This document shows, one piece after another, positions 22,873 to 35,233 of a stretch of DNA of 45,005 nucleotides. The notes beneath the pieces were generated by a model that did not search any database, was not told the DNA's origin, and was given only the letters and a program-made list of their open reading frames with translations. A program made the position numbers and the translations under genes. Within the stretch, counting starts at the first letter, position 1. The number at the start of each line of letters is the position of its first letter. Origin of the DNA: Asterionella formosa (lineage: Eukaryota); assembly GCA_002256025.1 (NCBI GenBank), contig NKIB01014316.1:1-45005 (forward strand). The letters are read 5' to 3'.

Positions 22873-23262
22873 ATGCCTCACGCGGATCCCCAATGGCCCG
22901 TGATCAAACCCAACCCTACTGTCGATGATTGTGTCAAATCGATGAGAATTATGGATTACGTTCTTGTTGTAAATGTTACAGGCGCAAGTTGGGCCTATGG
23001 CTACCTAAAAGGCCATCCTGCTCGTAGATTGGTGGCTTCTACTGCATCTGTGATTGGCTTTACCTTTGCAACATTTATGGTCTTGCAAGATACCAGTGGA
23101 AGATTCATGGGAGCCAAGGAGAATGCGCGAGAAGTTAAGATTTACGGAACTGCACCACCGGAATGGCAGCCGCTTAAGATTCAGCAGGACCGCCGATTTC
23201 CTAAAGCCGTGGGAATGTCTACTATTCCCCGACCTGCTATTGATTGGCAAGATTACGATTAA
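22873..23262 (+). CDS. Mitochondrial complex I accessory subunit, NUXM/20.9-kDa family
   Basis: PVIKPNPTVDDCVKSMRIMDY, two short hydrophobic segments, then QDTSGRFMGAKENAREV, matching the family pattern Q.S..RLMG..EN..EV. Confidence 0.8.
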   Translation: MPHADPQWPVIKPNPTVDDCVKSMRIMDYVLVVNVTGASWAYGYLKGHPARRLVASTASVIGFTFATFMVLQDTSGRFMGAKENAREVKIYGTAPPEWQPLKIQQDRRFPKAVGMSTIPRPAIDWQDYD

Positions 23263-23305
23263 TCTGATGAAAATCTCATGCATATTTTTCCCATTGCTTA
23301 ATCTT

Positions 23306-24256
23306 TTAAATCCTGGGAATAAATCTCTCAAAATGCTCTCTTGCGTTCTGAATATTCAACAGAGTAGCTGCCGAGTGCACATTAGGGTTACTGACAATCA
23401 CCATAATGTGCGTATTTGCCGTGAACGCGTCAATGAATGCACTGAAGCGAGAGTTTCGCACCTGCATGCCTTGAAATTGGGACTGAGCCTTACCACAGCT
23501 CAATTTGAATTGCTTTACAATGTTGCTTATCTTCTCAAACCGATGAGCGTCAAAATGAGGCAAACGAAGCTTATGGATAGAATTGTCATTCGTCTCGTCA
23601 CTGTTTTGAGCGTGAGATATCACCAAAAAAGTGGCACGCTCAAACAAGACAACTTCGTCAGCGTTGCAAATCCGGCAGAAATTCTTCAAGTGAGATTCCA
23701 GCAAGCGAATGTTGGGAATTAGATTGGTAACGATTTCACTCCAAGCTTTGTACAACGTCTCGTCCCAGATGGAGGTCCCAAAGCACTCAAAGTGCTCGAC
23801 ACCACACGATGTACAGGATTCTTCGATCAGCTTTTTGCGATCCTCGAAAATTAGCTCACGGTCTTCTTCCGCCACCAAATCCATCTTGTGTACAAGAACA
23901 AATATACGAGCGTCAGGCGAGTTCTCCTCCATTGCCTCCAACACACCACAAAAGTGATCGAAATCCTTTTCAGGTTGATCTGACTCAATGTCGAAGACAT
24001 AGATCAACAATTCTACGGAGCGAAAGATGGTTTCTCGATCTCGCTCAAAATAAGATTCGTAAAAGGCGTCCTGTCCCCCACAGTCCCAGAGATTGAGAAC
24101 TAGGTCGCCCAGAAAGCGTACATGATGATGCTCCACATCGAGGGTAGGGCCCAATCTTGTGGTGTCCCTGGCTAGATAGTTGGCAAAGATGATGCTGCGC
24201 ATAGACGTTTTGCCCGAATGGGCTTTGCCCATGAGTAATACCTTCTTCTTGGCCAT
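23306..24256 (-). CDS. RRAGA: Ras-related GTP-binding protein A/B (RagA/Gtr1)
   Basis: [66 protein letters not shown]. Confidence 0.97.
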   Translation of the reverse strand: MAKKKVLLMGKAHSGKTSMRSIIFANYLARDTTRLGPTLDVEHHHVRFLGDLVLNLWDCGGQDAFYESYFERDRETIFRSVELLIYVFDIESDQPEKDFDHFCGVLEAMEENSPDARIFVLVHKMDLVAEEDRELIFEDRKKLIEESCTSCGVEHFECFGTSIWDETLYKAWSEIVTNLIPNIRLLESHLKNFCRICNADEVVLFERATFLVISHAQNSDETNDNSIHKLRLPHFDAHRFEKISNIVKQFKLSCGKAQSQFQGMQVRNSRFSAFIDAFTANTHIMVIVSNPNVHSAATLLNIQNAREHFERFIPRI

Positions 24257-25361
24257 GTTTGAGATTTCGCAATTTCTATATTCGGATGATCGAGGTAAGA
24301 AGTGGAGCAGCAGGGAGTATCCGAGTTTTATGTCACGTGGTGGTCGTTAACTTGCTAGCTGGTTTATACGTAAGTGTGATTGAGTATTGAAACTCAGCTG
24401 TGGAGACAAGCAACGTTTATTGATGCTCCTCGATATTCGGGAGGCTAGCAGTGCCGTGAAGATTCTAAGAATATAGCGTGGAAGCCCTGATATTCCGACA
24501 AAGCAAGCGATGGCTGATCCGTTTTAAATTCCTTTCTTTTCGTTGCGTTTATGTGGAGCTATTACGTAGTCGATGGGCTCGACTGTGCAAAGCTTCGAAG
24601 TGGATCGATCTGGCCCTTTCAACGTTGCTGAAATGTAACCAGTAGGAATCAGCAATTAGCTTGCTGATGATTGTATTCCTTTTGGAGTTATTATAACTAT
24701 TACCAGTGCCGGAACATGACATCGTCGATCACCAGCCGACGACAACTGCGCCAGCGTTGCCTCCCTCAATGTATACATGGTCTTCATATATGTATATTGT
24801 TAAATCTCTCAAGAACTCCAATATGTACAGCAGCCATTGATACCAGGCATCGGTAATTTTGTTGCAAGTTGCGGTAAAAGAAAACGTTTTCCTTCTAGTA
24901 AAAAAGTCTTTTAGCGCAACTCCCCTTTGGTGCTGAACAAGAATGTGTCAAACATACAATCATGTTAAATGTCATATGATTTTCTGTATCATTTTATCGT
25001 ATTCTGTACAGTAGATGTAACATCTGTACCGGGTGTGCATAATAATTTACTTAGATTGAACTCTATCATATAATCACAATTAATATACCGGTATTCAGAT
25101 CCCAGTAATACACGGACAAAGGCAGGATACCATACGACTGCCGGGACCGGTGGTCTACCAACATCAACTTGCGATGTGCAACACGATTGTCACATTTGAG
25201 GGAACAAAGCACAATGGATCCTCAAGCACCCTTCACGACGGATGACTGCCCTTTCATTGCTGTTCCACTCACTACTAATACACAATAAAAAGCCAATATA
25301 CTCTACAAAGACGGCAGCCATTTGTCGTCACCAGAACTGCACGCGAGAGCAAGTGTCAACA

Positions 25362-26255
25362 ATGGCAAGAACTGCAACCAAACGATATCGGGATTCAGCA
25401 CAACCCAAGGATATGCCTGATCCTGATTTCGTTAACAAACACCTCGACAAGATGCTGGCCAATGCAGGCATTGAATTGACTCAAACCAGGGGTGATTGGT
25501 GTTTGCGAAGTGGTCTACAGCATATCATGAGCACGAACAATATGTCCCTAGTGGATTTAATTGTTGAAAACGGCCCGCCTACTATCTACCATTCTATCCC
25601 TTGTCGCCACGGAGATTCGGCTGTGCAAGACCTTAAAAAACCATCAAACTGCTTTGAGTCTCTTTGTCGTATTATTGCTGGTCAACAACTTGCCGGAGCG
25701 GCAGCTCAATCCGTATGGAAACGCCTCTTGGAGACCACCAACCAAACCTTGACACCCGACACTATTCTTTCGCTTGTTGCAGGTGAAAATATAGAAATGA
25801 ATCTTCAAAAACCAGCTGGACTCTCGGGTGCTAAGGCTCGTTCGATAGTGGATTTATCACATCACTTTATAAATGGTAAACTTAGTGACCAACTGTTGAC
25901 ATCGTTGCCAGAAGAATCAGTGCGAACTCTACTATTGGATGTCAAGGGCCTGGGACCCTGGAGCTGTGACATGTTTCTCATGTTTTATTTAGAACGCAGC
26001 GACATTTTGCCACTTGGAGATTTAGGTGTTCGAAGGGGCTTGGCAAGGCACTTCCAGGTCCTTGGCAAAGCGGCTGATGGTGCACTATGCCCCAAGAAGG
26101 ATGCCAGCCAAATGCTTCAGATTGCTGCTCCATATCATCCATATCGATCACTCCTTAGCTATTACATGTGGAAGGCAGCAGATATTACAGATTTTTACAA
26201 TGACACGATAGATAAGAAGAAATCACCAAAGAAGAAACAAAAGAAGACAGGGTGA
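25362..26255 (+). CDS. DNA-3-methyladenine glycosylase (AlkA/HhH-GPD family)
   Basis: FESLCRIIAGQQL, GLSGAKARSI, HhH motif VKGLGPWSCDMFL, LPLGDLGV, PYRS..SYYMW and a basic NLS-like tail. Start is 25362 or upstream at 25242. Confidence 0.92.
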   Translation: MARTATKRYRDSAQPKDMPDPDFVNKHLDKMLANAGIELTQTRGDWCLRSGLQHIMSTNNMSLVDLIVENGPPTIYHSIPCRHGDSAVQDLKKPSNCFESLCRIIAGQQLAGAAAQSVWKRLLETTNQTLTPDTILSLVAGENIEMNLQKPAGLSGAKARSIVDLSHHFINGKLSDQLLTSLPEESVRTLLLDVKGLGPWSCDMFLMFYLERSDILPLGDLGVRRGLARHFQVLGKAADGALCPKKDASQMLQIAAPYHPYRSLLSYYMWKAADITDFYNDTIDKKKSPKKKQKKTG

Positions 26256-29044
26256 TTTGTACTTTTGCCAAATTGGTTCACATCAATAACTGCAAAACAT
26301 GTCTCTCAATCTGTTCTGAAAGAAGATGACAGGTTATATGATATATTATTTTTCATCACAACGGATTGACTGGTATTATGCAAGCTTTTCCTCACTCCTT
26401 CGGATCCATTTTTGGGATGGGGTAGTAACCAAAGTATTGATGGTGGCAATAGTTGCAAACTTTTAGTTCATGAATAGACAATACAATTTTATTTTTTTGA
26501 GTTTTCCATTATGACTTCCTGTGTTTAAATTTGATTGAGCCAGAAAGATATTCAACTCTTCTGTCTACAAGTACAATGGCTTAAAACCACTATCACTAGA
26601 GCCATGGTTTATGGAGCTCTTGGGACAAGAAGCCCATTTAAATCCAAAAAGGACTGACTATGTTATACCCTCCATTTATTGGAAATTCATGAGAATCTTA
26701 GAATGATATTCAAACCTACAGCAAGTAAACAAACACTACTATCAGCTGAGATTTTCTCATTAAAGGTCAATCAATTTGTAAATGAAAAGTGGCTGCTTTG
26801 AATCTCTGTGTCTTTCCCCCCTCCACCACCCCCATAGTCCCATCCCCCAGTTCACCACTATAAAATATTTTTTGTGTAAAAAAATAACCTCTAGGTATTC
26901 TATTCTTTATCTCCTCTCACTAGATTTCCCCTGATACTCTGCAAGATAGTATTGATAGCTGTATGTGTCTGCTAATAGAAAACATCTTTTTTGTGTAATG
27001 CTTTGTACAATGACGATGATATGATCATATAATTTCAATATCATATCATTTCATATGTAAAATAATTATTGTGAGGAATGGTGTACTGTAAAATATCGAT
27101 CCATGCTGAACCTGCCACCAAGGGGTGCCAATTGAACTATTTTATTCCAGTAAAGTATGCCAAAACAATAGTGGCAGAAATTGAAAAGGAGGAAAGATTG
27201 CTTTCGAAGAGCAAGGAAACCCAAACAGTTGTTCTTCACGGATGAAGACTCTATACCTACAGAGTCACAGTTCCATCCAGTGTCGTATTTTGCTCCTCAT
27301 TCTCCTGCAAATCGCTGATAATGAAGAAAAACTCAGTGATTCTCATTCATTTGATGAACAAGTTCAAGCGATGAATGAAAATACCGGCGGAAATGTTGGA
27401 GACATCACTTCTGAAGTAGAAATGGTTGAAAAGTTGCAAAACCAAGAAATATATCTCACTATTCGTCCAGAACATCAAAATGAACATCATGAAAGCAGAG
27501 AAACTATTGAATTTCTAAAAGAAAAGATATTCAAGACAAAGTCTGCGCTAGATCAAGACCTCGAATTCAAGAAGATCAATGCAGACAGAAATGTGATGCT
27601 GGCTAAGGCAGTTGATGCACTGAATTGGGAACGAAGTTTGAAGCACAAAATTGAATCATTTTCCAACTCATACATGTGAGAAAAAGAATTTGTAAAATCA
27701 TGGAGAACAATCCAGAAGACAGCTAGCTACTTTTGTGAAGAGTCGCTCGGCATGTGAAATGTGTAGAGTGATTATGCCAAAGCAAACGGCAGCCATTTTC
27801 CTTGAGTTTGCCGAAAACGCATGGACAACTAAAATTGTGGAAAGATTTGTTCACACGTACCACACAAAAAAATGTTGATTTGATGCAATCTAAACGTGCC
27901 TTGTTGATACGTTTAATGCTCTGATTCATCGGAAGTAGTGCATCAGAACCATTCCATATGAAATCGGCAAGCTCTGGGTCACTCTCCACTTCTTTGCCTA
28001 ACTCCGGTTTCACAGTGTATAGCCGGGTTAGGCAGGTCAACATTGGGCAAACCAATCCTGTTTGTGATTGAAAATGCCTTTCATATTACTTGGACCAGAT
28101 TGGGCGGGATGTTTGATTCTCTTTTGGGACCAGAAAAATGCACATTAGATTGATATTCTGTTTTACAGTACCTGCAATTCACAAACTATAACCTCAAACT
28201 TACATGTTCACAGCAAAACTTCTTGGTCTTGAAAAAGCAAATAAAACTCACAACCTTTGTGACAATTGATGGATCGGTTCAATTTTAGCTAAGCGGGAAC
28301 GATGTTCTGATAAGGCTTCTGAAATGGAATTTTCTTGATAACCTCATATGGACGAGCGAGTTTTGAACCGAATTACGACCTTTGTACTGATTGAGTTCAT
28401 TGACCAATTGATAATATCCTTTGGCAAGTGCAAAATTTTTTCCCTCAGTTTCTTACATACTTGTTGGTCCGTGCGATTAGAAAATTTATGATATGGTACT
28501 ATGTCGTCCATCTGCATCCGGGAGTTATTAATGGTATCATCGACAGGAGCCATTTTTCTTGTATCAACAACTGGAAAAGAAACGTAGCTCATCATCGCTT
28601 TCGGTATCAATTAGGGGATCCTGTGTTGTTAATAGTGTCCCCATAGACGATGGGGTAGTATCCTCACTAATTTCCTGTCGCTAATTGGGTTCCTTTGGAT
28701 AATTAAGGAGTCGCTTTTTCTTTGCTAACTCATTTTGGTATTTTGGTACTTGCTTCTTTGTTCTATACCGGCAGTATTTGCCACATGTCGCTTGTTTCCA
28801 TGAAACTCTTTATGGTTTTTTGAAGACATTGTACTACTAGACAATTGTTGTCGTTGTCTTGCTTAAGTTTGATGATCTTAAAATCAGGTGTTGCTAGCTA
28901 CAATGAAATGAATCATCAGCCACTACATATAATATTTTACACTGTCTAGATATGATACCATAAAACCAACAGTGCTATTTACATTATCATATACAAAATC
29001 AGAACTAAGTTTGAGTAATAGCATATGTTGTTCTCAATTATACA

Positions 29045-29491
29045 ATTATACGATCCTGAAACTATGATGATTTACAGTACCACTTTAGTAGCAACAGTCC
29101 TGAACATACGGTGTTCTGTTGCTCGCTTACTACTCCGACTACCCCCTTTCAAATTTATGATCATATAATTCTGAAACTATGATGATTTACTGTCCCGCTG
29201 CAGTAGCAGCAGTCCTGAACATATGGTGTTTTGTTGCTCGCTTTTTACTCCGACTATCCCCTTTCAATTTTACGATCATTCGATCCTGAAACTATGATGC
29301 TTTACTGTCCCGCTGCAGTAGCAACAGTCCTGAACATATGGTGCTCTGTTGCTCACATACTACTCCGACTTCCCCCTTTCAATTTTATGATCATAAGATC
29401 CTGAAACTATGATGATTTACTATCCCACTGCAGTAGCAACAGTCATGAACATATGGTGTTCTGTTGCTTGCTTACTACTCCAACTACTCCC
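29045..29491 (+). repeat. 115-bp tandem repeat, ~3.9 copies
   Basis: ctgaaactatgatg starts at 29056, 29171, 29286 and 29401. Units are highly similar. Confidence 0.95.
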
Positions 29492-29884
29492 AATATATCA
29501 CTTCCTACCTGCTACTGGTACTCTGTATAGATATGATAAAATTTTATGATCATATGATGTACGCATGAAGAACTCCCGCCCAAAAAAGGGGTTTAACAAT
29601 TTGCTACCAAAATCCTTGCATAAAATAATGAAGCAAATAGGTTATCACTTAGTACACCAATTTAATAGTCTGCCGGTAAATAATAAGTTCCAGCGGAAGT
29701 AGAAAATATTGATGCAAACAAATTTCAGAAACAGTACCGGTACACGAAGTCGTGGAAAACAATGGACCTATCGTGCATTGAATATTTTCGAATTATCTAT
29801 ATGGGAATATGATCATCTCAACAATACTAGCTACCAGACATGCCAGATTGAGAGTGCCTTTGAATTTTATATTTGTATGACACT

Positions 29885-29887
<3 letters not shown>

Positions 29888-29919
<32 letters not shown>
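29888..29919. repeat. (TA)n microsatellite
   Basis: Uninterrupted AT dinucleotide run. A shorter one lies at ~4405-4422. Confidence 0.95.
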
Positions 29920-29923
<4 letters not shown>

Positions 29924-31585
29924 CAAATTTATAACTATGTACATGGCAAATATATTTGAAATCGTTCTGTCATGTTAACAAACAATGCCTACTTCATGAA
30001 AATAAATATCGTAGTTCAGCATATGACAAGTAAAGTTTACGCAATAACGAAAAATTTTGTGGCTTCGACACATTTCGCCTTCGAAGGATGGAGTATGTTT
30101 AAGGTAATGAAGCCATCAATGTGGTACTTGGATGAAAATCGTTGGGAGGCAGGACAACAACAAATTGTAAACTAAACGCACATTTCCTTTTTTCTCAGTT
30201 GATTCAACAGCTCGTTTCGCTTGTTGGGGAGCACCAATGTAAAACAAAACAAAGCAAAATTGGTAAGTGCTATTGTCATTGGACTTATTCACTTCTGATG
30301 GAACATAACTGACAGACACGCCACTTTACCTTCTCTCAAAGTTAAGCTAGCGAAAATGAATCGGTAAGTTTTCTTTATTCGACAACATTGGAAACCTGAA
30401 ACTTGCTGAAACTTGCTTATTCAAGAATTTACTGACAATTTCCTATTACAGACTTATGCATCACTTGCTTTGATTTGTGGTAAACGAAGCAAGCAAGAGG
30501 ATAAAATGGAATAGCGTGATGTTGAGTCAGTGTAACATGTCTAGCTAACAAGTCATTCCTTCTCATTGTTACTGTAACTGCATAGGACAATAAAACCGAT
30601 CAAACGGAATAGCCGGCGATTTCAGAGTGACACTAACAGCAGAGAGAGAGATGCAACATTAGTAGGCATTGCTTGGCACAAGATTCAGAAAAGAGGAAGA
30701 AAAGGGCAAGACAGGAATATACATTGAGACGAGTGGAGAGGAGGAGAGAAACATTCCTCGGGTAGCTGTCGAAACAGATATATCATTGTTAAATTTGTTA
30801 ATTAAATTACGATCCATTTGAATCTATTTTGAACAATGCTTGTGATTAGAATTATGATCATGTTTAAGATAGATTTACGATGAAACAATTCACATGATAG
30901 CATAGATTTAAGCTTATTTTAGATGCATTGTAGTTATAATTTACATTTGGCAATCACGAGAATTGAAAATAATATGAGAAGGTTTATGATATTGATGAGA
31001 AATATTGTTGATCAGTTGATATACATTGTGTCCCTTCCTCTCGGCAAGCAACTTTTTCTGCATGAGAACACTTTGATGCAAACATGACCTCAAGGCAACT
31101 GACTCCTTTTCCTCCGCAAAAAATCGAATAAATTCGTTTTGACACTTCATTCATCATGCACATCATTGCCTGTTCCTTGTCGGTGCCTCCTTGCACCCCC
31201 TTAAAAATCGCCCCTTTTTGATACTGCTGTCCAGGAAATAAGAGACATTACTGTTCTTTGGAAATTACAGGAACATGTGACCCAGTTTCAGAAACAAAGG
31301 AGGTTGTGCAGGGCACGCAAAACCTCTCGTTATTCCATTTGCTCCTTGTTGCTTTTATGCTCAAAAAGCTCGTTCTCATGCATGATCATTCATGAGCTCA
31401 AACACAAAGGAAAATTGGTAAGAACAGAGATGATGTCTGTGAAAGTAACATTCATATGGAAATGATTTCGGACTGCCAATCATACAATAACAACATTGAC
31501 ATAGAAAAAAAATGTCATTTAAATTTTATAGCACATTAAAGCTATCCAATAATTGCACTCGGGCCCATCAAATAGATGGACACAA

Positions 31586-31752
31586 TTAGTACCGTTTTCA
31601 TTTGTCCGTACGCTACAATGGGACCTGCCTTTTTGTCAGCCACACACACCGGAACCCTAGGGACTACATGAAAAAGACAGGTGGAGAATGCAGGAATCGA
31701 ACCCGCCACCACAGTGAGTGTGCTAACCGCTAAGCCATTCCCCAACATTGAC
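31586..31752 (-). mobile_element. Short tRNA-derived SINE-like element with 10-bp TSD
   Basis: Minus strand 31743-31682 reads GGGGAATGGCTTAGCGGTTAGCACACTCACTGTGGTGGCGGGTTCGATTCCTGCATTCTCCA (A box, B box, acceptor and T stems, no full anticodon arm). The direct repeat atggacacaa lies at 31576-31585 and 31753-31762. Confidence 0.65.
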
Positions 31753-33455
31753 ATGGACACAACTACTACTGGAACACCAATAACACGGTAATGTACAAAC
31801 AATCTACCATTGGAATCAATAGGTGATTAAGGGTACACAATAACATGGTCATGTAGAACTAGTCAATCATTTGAACCTTTATTTACTAGCAATCATGCCT
31901 CATTTACAAGGACCAGAAAGTATTATCTGTTAAGTCTGATGTATACATCCTATTCATTCGATAAAGAATTCATATTGATCACATGATCAACAATGTCGCT
32001 CATTGATATGAGAAAACGAATGATCAAAATTAATTTTTAAATAATAATATATTGATGTTAAAAGTAAGATCAAAATGAGCTAAATATTGTTATCAGTGAT
32101 CTTATTTTATTGGCAATCATTTCTAACCAAAAAATATGATCTGTAATTCATAAAATTTGATTTATGTATCCTACATCTTTGATCAAACCATATTTATCAT
32201 CTGTAAATGATTTCAATTATACGAGAAAATGAATCATTTAATAATTATATGATTTGTACCACATGAAAAATGTTGTATGACTTCCACTTATTGAGGGGCT
32301 TAATTATATCACTGACTTCTAGTTACAAGAATTGATATGTTAATAATTTAAAATTAAAAACAGTACATCAGGTCATGGAAAACAATGTAAACGCTTAACT
32401 GATGATGGTATACACACGATGTGCGATATAAAGTGCGCTGTCTTTGAAGTATGAAAGTGTTTAATTTTACAAATTTTTATGAATTTATACATGGTTAATA
32501 CATTTGAATGCATGTTTAATGGTTTCAAATTTCATGCATGCCAGTGCACATCCTGAAATGAAAAATAAAATCAGCCACATGACAAGGAAAACTGAATTGA
32601 TGATATATCACAATGATACGACACATTTCGGCTTAGAAGAATTGGAAATGGAAAAGTGAACGGAATTCAGCTATGGTACATCAAGGGCACATGCCAGGAT
32701 GATTGATGGTTGGTTCACAAAGGCTGAATGATTGCTTTCTTCTTCTAAAGTAATTCAATAGCTCAATTTTCATTCGCTGGGAAACCACCAATGTCGAAAA
32801 AACGAAATTGGGAACTTTTCTCATTGGATCAATGCTCAACTGTTAGAACATACTAGCTGACACATGCGTTTTTAAATCTTTCAGGGTAACTGTAATCAAC
32901 CAGAATTTTTGTCGCAATTTATAAATGGCATTGATGGAAAGATTTATTTATTTGTACTTTTGCGATATTCGACTGATACATACTGATACATTATTTTTCT
33001 GATATGTTCGAAAATACATCAATAATTGTCAAGTAAATCCATTATGGGAAGCGATTGTTGTGGTGTAAACAAACAATACATAACTAACAACTTCCTGCTT
33101 GTTATTTTCACTAGTATGATTAACAATATCTCTTTTAATGTTCTTATTATATATCTTTTTGAGTATAGAGAAAATGGTTGTAGAGTTGTTTTGATCGTAA
33201 TGCCTGTTGGCAATCAAAAAATCCCCCAGAGACCCTCCCTCTCACTCTAAAGAACTTAATCATGGCCATTAGTACACATTGAAACATTTTGGCAAAAAGT
33301 GATGAAATAAATTCTTGATCATACAAGAGAAAAAGGTTTGATTGTTTGCTTTTGTGATGCAAGGTCTTGGTCTGATAAAATATATGGAATCCAACGAATC
33401 GAGAATCAATATTCTTAGTAGTGATTAGAAACCAAGACCCAAAACATTTCGACAT

Positions 33456-33665
33456 TTATTGACAAATGACTGGAGATGTTTACTTATTGACAAATGACTG
33501 GACTGGAGATGTTTACTTATTGACAAATGACTGGAGATGTTACTTATTGACAAGTGAATCAGATGCTCACTTATTGTCAAAAGAATAAGTGCTGCTCAAT
33601 TATTGTCAAAAGAATAAGTGCTGCTCACTTATTGTCAAATGAATATGCTTACTTATTGTCAAAGT
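33456..33665 (+). repeat. ~22-33-bp tandem array with core TTATTG(A/T)CAA, 8 copies
   Basis: Four units of the ttattgacaaatgactggagatgtttac type, then four of the ttattgtcaaaagaataagtgctgctcac type. Confidence 0.9.
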
Positions 33666-35233
33666 AAGCAAGATCATTCTTGATGAGATCAAGGAAAGTG
33701 TGAGAAGTCTTGTTCGGGATTACATGAGTAATCAGGCAAGAACAAGACCTAGATAGACTATTAAAGAAAGCTCACAATATTACAAAGTGTAAAGTGAAAA
33801 TACGTTTTCAGCTTTAGAGATCTTAAAAGTAAGATCTGTGATATTTCAACTAGACAATTTAACATTGGTCATCATTGTTGCTTTGTGAAGGACAAATTAA
33901 ATTTAGTACTGCAGTGTTAATAGTCTCCCTAGCACCTGAAGAAAATTATCAGGATGAAGACAAGAGTAGATTGAACAAATATGATGTGATTCAGGGGCAA
34001 CGATGAGTTGAAGATGGCATTACAATGATGTTTGATATGTTATGGCATTTAGTGCTATGCCTATTTGTACGTGGGGCATAGTCCAGAAACAGTTTTGCCA
34101 TTTTAGTCGATTTTGAGGCATCCTTGCTATTGGCAGTTCCTGGTTGTAGCAGAAGTTGTTGTTGTTGAACATGTAAGCAACTTGTGGTTAATACCACCCA
34201 TTTTCATGGGCGTGTCTACTGGTAGGATTCTTGTCTGACCCACACCTCCAAGTCCATTCTAAATCACTGCATCTGCAGAAACTATATGGGGACTACTTTT
34301 TTGGATTTTATCACCTTTCTTGACTCCTTGTGTTTACCCAAAATGGCTTGTTTTAGACAACCATCTGGTTATGGGAAAATCATTGCATCTCCTTCCCAAA
34401 TTTCTCCAAGAATTTTTAATTGAATCATGCATACCCTTCTCAAGCATCATGGTCTGGGTTAGATCTAGCAAGTCCCTGAATAGGGGCTTAGGTTGGCTTC
34501 ATTAGCGGTTTGGCTTAAAAAATTGCTTGCAGTACTGCCTTGCCCTGCCCTGAATTCCTGTCTGTTATCGTGAAACTTGATAGCTTCGAGATCGCATTGG
34601 ACGCCTACAGTTTATCGGCCTTACAATCTGCCTTTATTCGTTGCATTTGATCCAAAGGAGGCGCCACCGGAAGGTATTGCTAGTGTCAATTGAGCGTTGA
34701 AAACGAATCTAATGACGATATTTTGAGTTCTGCTCATCCCGACTGGCATCCTTGTCGAAGAACTGATTGATTTCCCACTGTAGAAAGAAGTGTCAAGGGA
34801 ACAAATACGAGTTGAGTTGATCTCCTGAAAAGCCTGCAAGCTTTTGTGGGGAAAAGCTACAATTGATACCTTCGAACATTATTGCCTGGACCCTGTGAAG
34901 CTTCTGAATGTATATCTAGCTGAATTTTGATCACCCAATATGTATTCTACGTCCGTTGCTCGCACGAGCGGCCGATCCTCTCGTTCAAGCTGGTGATATC
35001 CCAGTGTTTAAGAAGTGGCGACCAGGTTTTCAGAATAACAATTCCATAAATTACACTTTTGCGAATCCCCTTGTCATTTCAATTGTTCCTCATATCCTTG
35101 TCCAGTTCTGATAACCATGAGACCTTGTCGTTTGAGCGTTACAGCAACCCTATTCTAGAATGACTTCTAAGCGCTTTATTGCTTCAACAATTATGGTATT
35201 AGTATTCTCAATCCATTCTTAGTTATTCAGGCT

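Noticed and set aside
29045..29491. Possible CRISPR or TIGR-type guide array
   Set aside because: Whole 115-bp units are near-identical with no variable spacers, and no adjacent Cas or Nop-domain gene is visible. Kept only as a C/D-like motif observation.
31682..31743. Functional tRNA gene
   Set aside because: It is only 62 nt with no canonical anticodon stem-loop, so it is treated as a tRNA-derived element.
33456..33665. Possible CRISPR array
   Set aside because: The conserved core is only ~10 bp, the linkers are near-copies rather than unique spacers, there are no cas genes, and the context is eukaryotic.
33950..35150. Possible pseudogene downstream of INTS1
   Set aside because: The frames I translated contain frequent stops, and I could not recognise a product.
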